Shown here in pieces: positions 58,005 to 64,000 of a stretch of DNA of 64,000 bases; positions within the stretch are counted from its first letter, which is position 1, and each line of letters begins with the position of its first letter. Source of the DNA: an uncultured Elusimicrobia bacterium (GTDB lineage: Bacteria; Elusimicrobiota; Elusimicrobia; 2-01-FULL-59-12); assembly GCA_963702895.1 (NCBI GenBank), contig OY969767.1, positions 992,001-1,056,000 on the forward strand, given 5' to 3'. The notes beneath the pieces are model-generated. The model worked only from the letters and a program-made list of their open reading frames with translations. It made no database searches and had not been told where the DNA came from. Made by a program: the position numbers and the translations under genes.

Positions 58005-58481
58005 TTACAAGGTCGACTTGGTTTTAATTTCCCGGACTGTGCGGTCGGCTCCAATGATCACAACGCTTTCCGTTTTGATCACTCCCGCAATCTTTTTGAC
58101 CATTCTGTTGCGGCCGTCGTAGAGCCTTCCGCCTTTCAAAATATAACTGTTCGCGCCGCTGGTCAAAAGCGCCATCCTGCCGCGGGCGTCTTGGACAATG
58201 CCTTTAAGTAAGAGCGAGGCGATCTGTGGGGGGCGCTCCAAACCGGACTGGTCTACGCGGAAATCTCCTGTAAGCGGGATGAAGGGGTCACGATACCTGT
58301 CCCCGTAATAGGAATAGGTCTTATAGCGAGGCGTAGCAGAAGCCGCTGGATCCAATTTCGAAGATGCGGCCGGGGTTTGAATGGATTTTTCAGACCCTGG
58401 AGCGCCGAAGCAAATGGAATTCGTGCTGAGCCCAATCGAAAGGATGAGGAGTTTGACGATCATGATCTTGTTATTGTTCAT
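58005..58481 (-). CDS. pilP: PilP-like pilus assembly protein
   Basis: RDPFIP motif, LLLKGIV; position between pilO and pilQ. Confidence 0.7.
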   Translation of the reverse strand: MNNNKIMIVKLLILSIGLSTNSICFGAPGSEKSIQTPAASSKLDPAASATPRYKTYSYYGDRYRDPFIPLTGDFRVDQSGLERPPQIASLLLKGIVQDARGRMALLTSGANSYILKGGRLYDGRNRMVKKIAGVIKTESVVIIGADRTVREIKTKSTL

Positions 58482-59025
58482 TGTATTTGAATGATACAAG
58501 TGTGAAGGAGGCATTGACCGTTTTAGAAGGATCAGTCTTCGTGGCCGCGCCATTTAAGGTCAGGTTCCGAGCGGCAAAAAGACGATCTCCTTTGCCCATG
58601 GCTGTTAAAAAGTGCCCGATACTATGCAAGGAGGACGTTGCTGTGATCTCGTACGGGATCTCCTCATAGAGGCCTTTGGACACGGCCTTCGATGGTCGAA
58701 GGGCGGTCAAGGTCACATTATTGGCTTCAGCGCGGTGAGTCAGAACGCGAATGAGCGAAGGAAGTTCTCTTGTTTTAGGTAATTGCTTCTCCAATTCAGC
58801 AACATCGACCTGCAAGGAGGCCATTTCAGCTTGGATCCTGCTGAGCTGGTTCGCGCGGGCCTTCGCTGCCTCCAATTTCGTTTGTAATTCGGCCTTTGAA
58901 GCAAGATCGACGGCTATTGCTTTCGAAACGGGTGTATAGACCAGGGTCCAGTAGCTGTAGCAAACGATGCCAAAGAGGAGCGCAGATAACCCTGCAATAA
59001 TCGCTTTATGATTTTTTAGCGGCAT
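58471..59025 (-). CDS. pilO: Type IV pilus assembly protein PilO
   Basis: N-terminal TM, coiled coil, QLPKTRELPSL, YEEIP. Confidence 0.85.
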   Translation of the reverse strand: MPLKNHKAIIAGLSALLFGIVCYSYWTLVYTPVSKAIAVDLASKAELQTKLEAAKARANQLSRIQAEMASLQVDVAELEKQLPKTRELPSLIRVLTHRAEANNVTLTALRPSKAVSKGLYEEIPYEITATSSLHSIGHFLTAMGKGDRLFAARNLTLNGAATKTDPSKTVNASFTLVSFKYNEQ

Positions 59026-59596
59026 CCGTTGGTTGCTCGGCTTTCTTATAGTTGGTGGTGATGCGAAAGGTCATGGTTTGTGTGCCGGTCTGTGATTGAC
59101 TAATCGCGATGGCCCCCAAGTCGACTTCAGAGAATAATTGCGAGGCTTCGAGGTTCGAAACGAGGTCCGCAATGGCATAGCTATCCAGTGCCGCCACATC
59201 CATATTGACCATGAGGGTATTCGTATTGCCTTGATGCGTTGTGATGACGTTGGTCATCCAGACATTATTTGGAATTAATTTCACGAAATCATCAAAAAAC
59301 TGCGGGTAACGAAGCCTTTCACTTTCCAGTTGCTGGATGATGCTCTTCTTTTGGGTCAGCTGGGCCTTTGCGCCTTCCAATGCTTCGACTTGCTTGATGA
59401 TAGGCGCATAAGTTTCGAGCTCATTCTTGATGGAAGACACTTCGCTCTGTAGCTTCTTCCGATCTGCCATCTTCTTAATATGAAAAGGAACGAGCAACAT
59501 CGCTAGAAGGATGACAGGAACCGATATAGGGATGGCTGGGTTGACCCGACTAGGAGCAGCCTCAAGTCCGGCCGGTAAGAGGTTGATTCGAATCAT
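59006..59596 (-). CDS. pilN: Type IV pilus assembly protein PilN
   Basis: MIRINLLP motif, TM, IPNNVW. Confidence 0.88.
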   Translation of the reverse strand: MIRINLLPAGLEAAPSRVNPAIPISVPVILLAMLLVPFHIKKMADRKKLQSEVSSIKNELETYAPIIKQVEALEGAKAQLTQKKSIIQQLESERLRYPQFFDDFVKLIPNNVWMTNVITTHQGNTNTLMVNMDVAALDSYAIADLVSNLEASQLFSEVDLGAIAISQSQTGTQTMTFRITTNYKKAEQPTDAAKKS

Positions 59597-60714
59597 ACCG
59601 AACCATCCCCTTCGCGGCGGGTAGCCAAGCCAACCGCGACAGCCATCTGCGGGAGAATGGCTTTTTGCTCCTCAGAAAGGTCGGACGGGGCATTGGCCAA
59701 AAGAGAAAGAGGGTTGAAGAGCTCGACTGGAATCTTGAGTTCATTGGCGAGAAATTTGTCCAAAGATTTTAAATTCGCGCTCCCGCCGCACAAGAAGATT
59801 TTGCTCACCGATCGATCCGTTCCTTGAGAGAGGTAAAAATCGATGGAGCGTTGAACCTCGGCGACCAGGTCCCGTGCGATGGGCATCAGAACTTCATTGA
59901 CTTGCTGGGCTTCCGGGTCGGAAAGGTTTTCCGTGAGGCCGTGGATGAACTTTTTCTGGTCCGCTGTTTTGGTATCACACTGAAATTGTTGCTGGATGGC
60001 TTTCGTGAAGGTATTTCCGGAGATAAAGACATCACGAACGACTCGACTAATTCCCCTTTCAACGATGGACATATTGGTGAAACTGGCACCAATATTCATG
60101 AAGAGAACGGTATCGGATTGCGAGGAAGGATAGACAGATTCGTACGCGCTCTCCAAAGCAAAAGCATCGACGTCCAGGATAACGGGAGTCAGTCCCGCCT
60201 CGCGGAGCAGGTCCACGCGCAAATCGACGGAGTCCTTTTTGGCAGCGACAAGGACCGTTTCAATTTGAGGCTGGCCGTTCTCGTTGCTTTCACCGAGAAT
60301 CGAAAAACTAAGATTGACTTCGTCAATATTGAATGGGATATAGGGTTCTGCTTCAAATTTGATCGATTTGGCGAGTTCGGATGGGGATGTTTTCGCCATC
60401 TTTACGTATCGGACGATGACCGAATTGCCACTGACGGAGGCAACGGCTTTTTGGGTTGGGAAATCGGCCGTTCTCAAATAGTTTTGCAGGGCGCTGACCG
60501 CTTGTGAGCGACGATCGATGAGCGGGGTGTCCAGTGGGATGTCCTCGGCGTAAGGGATGATCCCCCATCTCACGAGAGACCATTGAGAGCCACTTTTTTT
60601 AAGGCAGACAAGCTTGATCGTGCAGGTTCCAATGTCGATACCTACAAGATCTTGCTTCCGTCTAAAAAAACGAAGCCCTTTGATGGCTTGTAAAGAGATC
60701 ATCTTTTTGTCCAA
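59593..60714 (-). CDS. pilM: Type IV pilus assembly protein PilM
   Basis: VGIDIG, EAEPYIPF, DVDAFAL, LCGGSA, AVAVGLA. Confidence 0.92.
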   Translation of the reverse strand: MDKKMISLQAIKGLRFFRRKQDLVGIDIGTCTIKLVCLKKSGSQWSLVRWGIIPYAEDIPLDTPLIDRRSQAVSALQNYLRTADFPTQKAVASVSGNSVIVRYVKMAKTSPSELAKSIKFEAEPYIPFNIDEVNLSFSILGESNENGQPQIETVLVAAKKDSVDLRVDLLREAGLTPVILDVDAFALESAYESVYPSSQSDTVLFMNIGASFTNMSIVERGISRVVRDVFISGNTFTKAIQQQFQCDTKTADQKKFIHGLTENLSDPEAQQVNEVLMPIARDLVAEVQRSIDFYLSQGTDRSVSKIFLCGGSANLKSLDKFLANELKIPVELFNPLSLLANAPSDLSEEQKAILPQMAVAVGLATRREGDGSV

Positions 60715-60730
60715 TTATCAATCCGAACTT

Positions 60731-60759
60731 AATCTAACAGGCCTATCCCCTATTGTCAA
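60731..60759 (-). promoter_or_regulatory. sigma70-type promoter for pilMNOPQ, overlapping the 3' end of pilD
   Basis: Minus strand TTGACA (60759-60754)-17 bp-TAGATT (60736-60731) with TGn extension. Confidence 0.7.
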
Positions 60760-61552
60760 GGGAAATTAAGGGTAATAAACTTTCCTTAAATAATAGCGGC
60801 CAAATGCCCGGGAAAAGGCTCGTGAGGTAGGCGCCAAGACTCAGGAAAGGTCCGAAGGGAAGTGTCTCTCCCAGTTTTTTCTTCCGAGACAGAAGGAGTA
60901 CGAGTCCCACAAGCCCACCGGTTAAGGAGCCGACCAAAAGGGGCCCGTAAATTCCGCGCCACCCTAAGACAGCAGCGGTGGCGGCAATGAGTTTGATATC
61001 TCCGCCCCCCAGTGCTTCCTTCTTAAAGAGCTTTTCCCCACACCAGGCGATGAAGAACATGAGCAAGCCCCCCGCGAGCGCCGAGCAGGAGCTGGAAAGA
61101 AATTTCTTCAGCAGAGGTCCTTGAAAGTAGGGGTTGACGGCTGATCCGATAATGCCGATGAAGAGGAGCGAGAGGGTGAGTTCGTCGGGAAGAATGTAAT
61201 AGAAGTAATCGATGATGGATAATGTCAGGAGCACAAAAGCAAGAATGTTCACGACGATCAACCGGTCTAATTCATTTCGAAATAGCCATGAATGAAATAC
61301 AAAGAGGCTGGCCATGAGGAGTTCGACAAGAGGATATTGCCACGAGATGAGGCAATGACAATGAAGACAACGCATGCGGAGGATGAAGAAACTTAGAACG
61401 GGAATGTTGTGGAGGAAAGGAATTGGTTCTTTACATTTGGGGCAATAAGAACGTGGTCTAAAAAGAGATTGAGATTGAGGGAGCCGAAAGATACAAACGT
61501 TGGCAAAACTGCCAAGCGATAAACCGAGAAGGCTGTTGATGAGATAGATCAC
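60743..61552 (-). CDS. pilD: Prepilin peptidase/N-methyltransferase
   Basis: GSFANVCIFRLP, CPKC..CLHC, IIDY, GGGDIKL, PFGPFL. Confidence 0.93.
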   Translation of the reverse strand: MIYLINSLLGLSLGSFANVCIFRLPQSQSLFRPRSYCPKCKEPIPFLHNIPVLSFFILRMRCLHCHCLISWQYPLVELLMASLFVFHSWLFRNELDRLIVVNILAFVLLTLSIIDYFYYILPDELTLSLLFIGIIGSAVNPYFQGPLLKKFLSSSCSALAGGLLMFFIAWCGEKLFKKEALGGGDIKLIAATAAVLGWRGIYGPLLVGSLTGGLVGLVLLLSRKKKLGETLPFGPFLSLGAYLTSLFPGIWPLLFKESLLPLISLDNRG

Positions 61553-61624
61553 GTTATATCAAGAACGAAATGTTTCTGGTTCTTGGACGAACCGAAGCTT
61601 TCATGGGATCTCTTTAAGGACACC

Positions 61625-61661
61625 AAATAAAGCGGCCGCCAAGGTAATTGGCGGCCGCTTT
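61625..61661 (-). terminator. Rho-independent terminator after pilA
   Basis: Perfect 14-bp stem AAAGCGGCCGCCAA / TTGGCGGCCGCTTT (61629-61661) with 5-nt loop; on the minus strand it ends in a T-rich run (TTTATTT). Confidence 0.85.
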
Positions 61662-61687
61662 CGATGCCACTGAATCCTATCGACGAC

Positions 61688-62140
61688 TTAGTACGATGTC
61701 CATTGCGTGCTACGAAGGTCTCGGTGACTGCAATTGACGCGCACACTCCCCCACGTGATCCCGCCTTGCGAGTTATCGTAATACCAACCACCAGCATCTC
61801 CCATAGCACTGACTTCATCAGGAATGGAAGGGTGGCCAGTATTATTGGTCGTTTTCGGCAGGTCTGAGTTCGGTACAACTTGCAGGTACTTGCCCGCTAT
61901 CGTAAGCGCAGCAAGGTTGGTAGTTGTTGCACCTGTAGGGTACCAGCCTTCTGTGTCTCCATAATAAATGGAGAGCGCTGAACGAATCGTACCGAGGTTT
62001 GCCTTGGTTCGGCCTTCTTGTGATTTGGCAACCAAGCTCGCGAACTGCGGGATTGCGATGGCTGCCAGGATACCAATGATAGCAACGACGATCATCAGCT
62101 CGATCAAGGTAAACCCTCTGGACAATTTCTTTTTGTTCAT
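61688..62140 (-). CDS. pilA: Type IV major pilin
   Basis: Class III signal G-FTLIELMIVVAIIGILAAIAIPQF; own promoter, AAGGAGGTG RBS and terminator. Confidence 0.9.
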   Translation of the reverse strand: MNKKKLSRGFTLIELMIVVAIIGILAAIAIPQFASLVAKSQEGRTKANLGTIRSALSIYYGDTEGWYPTGATTTNLAALTIAGKYLQVVPNSDLPKTTNNTGHPSIPDEVSAMGDAGGWYYDNSQGGITWGSVRVNCSHRDLRSTQWTSY

Positions 62141-62186
62141 TAGTTTTTCACCTCCTTAGATTTTTACAACTATTGCGACGTGATTG

Positions 62187-62215
62187 AGTTTAGCACCCGA
62201 AACGAACAATGTCAA
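62187..62215 (-). promoter_or_regulatory. sigma70-type promoter of pilA
   Basis: Minus strand TTGACA (62215-62210)-17 bp-TAAACT (62192-62187) with TGn extension. Confidence 0.75.
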
Positions 62216-62285
62216 CAATAACCTCTAGAAATTAGGTCGATTTTACAAGCCGAATCCGTGTCACAAATCAGCGCATTCAGCATCC

Positions 62286-63509
62286 TTAGTGGGTGTCGAT
62301 GAGTGAGCTCATTTTGAAAATGGGCAAGAACATACAAATGACAATGGATCCGATGACCACGCCCATGACGCAGATGATCACCGGCTCAATGAGAGACGTC
62401 ATGGCCTTCACAGCGGTATCGACCTCCTGGTCATAAAAATCGGCGATCTTGGTGAGCATGCTTTCCAAATTGCCGGTTTCTTCGCCTACTGAAATCATCT
62501 GAATCACCATGGGAGGAAAGATCCCTGAGGCTTTTAAGGGATCGGCGATCTTCTCTCCTTCACGGATGGACTCGCGTGCTCTCATGATGGCCGCCTCAAC
62601 GACCCGATTGCCAGATGTTTTGGCAACCGTATCGAGGGCTTGCAGGATGGGCACCCCGGATTTGATCAGTGTGCCGAGGGTGCGGGTGAATTTGGAAACA
62701 GCCACTTTTTTGAGCAGATTCCCTATCGACGGCAATCGAATGAGCAGGCTGTCAATGGCATAGCATCCTTTTTCTGTTTTGTACCACTGCTTAATGCCGA
62801 GAAGGAACATCACCGGCAACATCAATAAACCGAGAAAATACTGTCTTAGAAAATTTGAGACGCTCAAGAGAAGCTGTGTGGGCAGGGGCAGCTCGCCGCC
62901 GAAACTCGCAAACACGCTTTTAAAGGTCGGAATAACGAAAATCAGGAGGAACAAGGTCACCGCGCCCGCCACACCGCTAATGACCAGGGGGTAGACCAAC
63001 GCGCCTTTGACTTTACCCTTGAGTTCTTCCGTCGCCTCGAGATACGAGGAAAGTCTTTCGAGAATAGCGTCCAAGACGCCACCGGTTTCCCCAGCGCGGA
63101 TCATCGAGACGTAGAGTTCCTCGAATGCTTTCGGGTGTTTTTTCATCGCGTCCGCAATGGTCACGCCGCTTTCAATATCACTCCGTATGCAGGAGATGAT
63201 GCGCCGGAAGACGAGACTTTGGATTTGCTCGATGAGGATATTGAGACCTTGTACGATGGGGACTCCTGCGGAGACGAGGGTGGCGAGTTGCCTGCTAAAA
63301 ATGACCAGATCCTTGCTCCCGACACCTCCCTTAAAGGGATTGATCTTGGCAAGGAAACTATCCCCCCCCGCTTTGACTTCGTTAAGCGATAAAACCGTGA
63401 GTTTCTGGCCGCGGAGCTTATCAGAAGCAAATCGCTGGGCAGGAGCATCCACGACGCCTTCAATGGTTTTGCCTGATACATTCTTGGCCATGTATTTAAA
63501 TTGTGGCAT
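62286..63509 (-). CDS. pilC: Type IV pilus platform protein PilC
   Basis: FSRQLATLVSAGVP, AGETGG, GEETGNL, ADFYD, LPIFK. Confidence 0.93.
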   Translation of the reverse strand: MPQFKYMAKNVSGKTIEGVVDAPAQRFASDKLRGQKLTVLSLNEVKAGGDSFLAKINPFKGGVGSKDLVIFSRQLATLVSAGVPIVQGLNILIEQIQSLVFRRIISCIRSDIESGVTIADAMKKHPKAFEELYVSMIRAGETGGVLDAILERLSSYLEATEELKGKVKGALVYPLVISGVAGAVTLFLLIFVIPTFKSVFASFGGELPLPTQLLLSVSNFLRQYFLGLLMLPVMFLLGIKQWYKTEKGCYAIDSLLIRLPSIGNLLKKVAVSKFTRTLGTLIKSGVPILQALDTVAKTSGNRVVEAAIMRARESIREGEKIADPLKASGIFPPMVIQMISVGEETGNLESMLTKIADFYDQEVDTAVKAMTSLIEPVIICVMGVVIGSIVICMFLPIFKMSSLIDTH

Positions 63510-63532
63510 GTCGATCTCCTCTGGTTCCCGAC

Positions 63533-64000
63533 TTAAGTGGCGCTAACGCCCCCGCGCTGCATCAGTCGCTTCAGGTCGTCAGGGTCCGTGGAGGCCGAGA
63601 GCACCTCCTGGTAACTCACATGGCGCCTGATGTACAAATCGAGCAGAGCCATATTCATGGTCTGCATTCCGTATTTTGCTCCCGTCTGCATGGCGATGCT
63701 GATCTGTTCAATCTTTTCTTCGCGAATAAGATTGCGGATGGCGGGCGTGGCGACAAGCACTTCGACGGCGAGGGCCCGCCCGATGCCGCCGAGACGCGGC
63801 AGCAATTGTTGGCTGAACACCGCTTGAATGACGAACGAAAGTTGGGCGCGCACCTGCGATTGCTGATGAGGAGGAAAGACATCAATAATCCGATTGATTG
63901 ATTGTGCCGCATCGGTGGTGTGTAAAGTGGCCAAGACCAAGTGGCCCGTTTCGGCGATGTTCACGGCGGCCTGGATGGTTTCCACATCGCGCATTTCACC
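63533..64000 (-). CDS. pilT: Retraction ATPase PilT (partial, 5' end outside window)
   Basis: GEMRD, AETGHLVLATLHT, AIRNLIRE, GMQTM. Confidence 0.92.
   Translation of the reverse strand, partial: GEMRDVETIQAAVNIAETGHLVLATLHTTDAAQSINRIIDVFPPHQQSQVRAQLSFVIQAVFSQQLLPRLGGIGRALAVEVLVATPAIRNLIREEKIEQISIAMQTGAKYGMQTMNMALLDLYIRRHVSYQEVLSASTDPDDLKRLMQRGGVSAT

Noticed and set aside
61688..62140. Conductive (e-pilin) interpretation: IAIPQF plus aromatics at mature positions 1, 24, 50, 51, 57
   Set aside because: Position 27 is Leu, there is a 25-residue aromatic gap, and F/W/Y content is only about 13 of 141.
1..64000. CRISPR arrays, tRNA/rRNA, prophage or defence genes
   Set aside because: No repeat-spacer pattern, RNA gene or such protein motif was seen by eye.

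Overview
Bacterial chromosomal window with two parts. Positions 1-56.3 kb hold a large mosaic surface-glycan locus. It encodes a WecA-type initiating transferase, four polyprenyl-phosphate GT2 synthases, five ArnT/PMT-like GT-C membrane transferases, two Wzx flippases, a UPF0104 flippase-like protein and two O-antigen-ligase/O-OTase-like proteins with TPR tails. It also encodes a WbpA/B/E/D/I-type 2,3-diacetamido-uronic acid pathway (with a WbpB-WbpD fusion), a WbmH-like SDR, a WbuXYZ/AglXYZ-like amidino module, three AsnB-like amidotransferases plus two decayed asnB stubs, two formyltransferases, five class I/FkbM methyltransferases and two cobalamin-dependent radical SAM enzymes. Positions 56.5-64 kb hold a convergent type IVa pilus cluster (pilT-pilC-pilA-pilD-pilMNOPQ) with clear sigma70-type promoters and a terminator after pilA. 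I recognised no Wzy, Wzz or Wzm/Wzt, so the best hypothesis (inference) is a pilus/protein glycosylation system with heavy glycan tailoring. The pilin resembles those I associate with Elusimicrobiota (unverified). An IS1182-like relic and several short stub ORFs abut gene starts. No rRNA, tRNA or CRISPR array was seen. All calls come from motif recognition by eye; no database searches were run.
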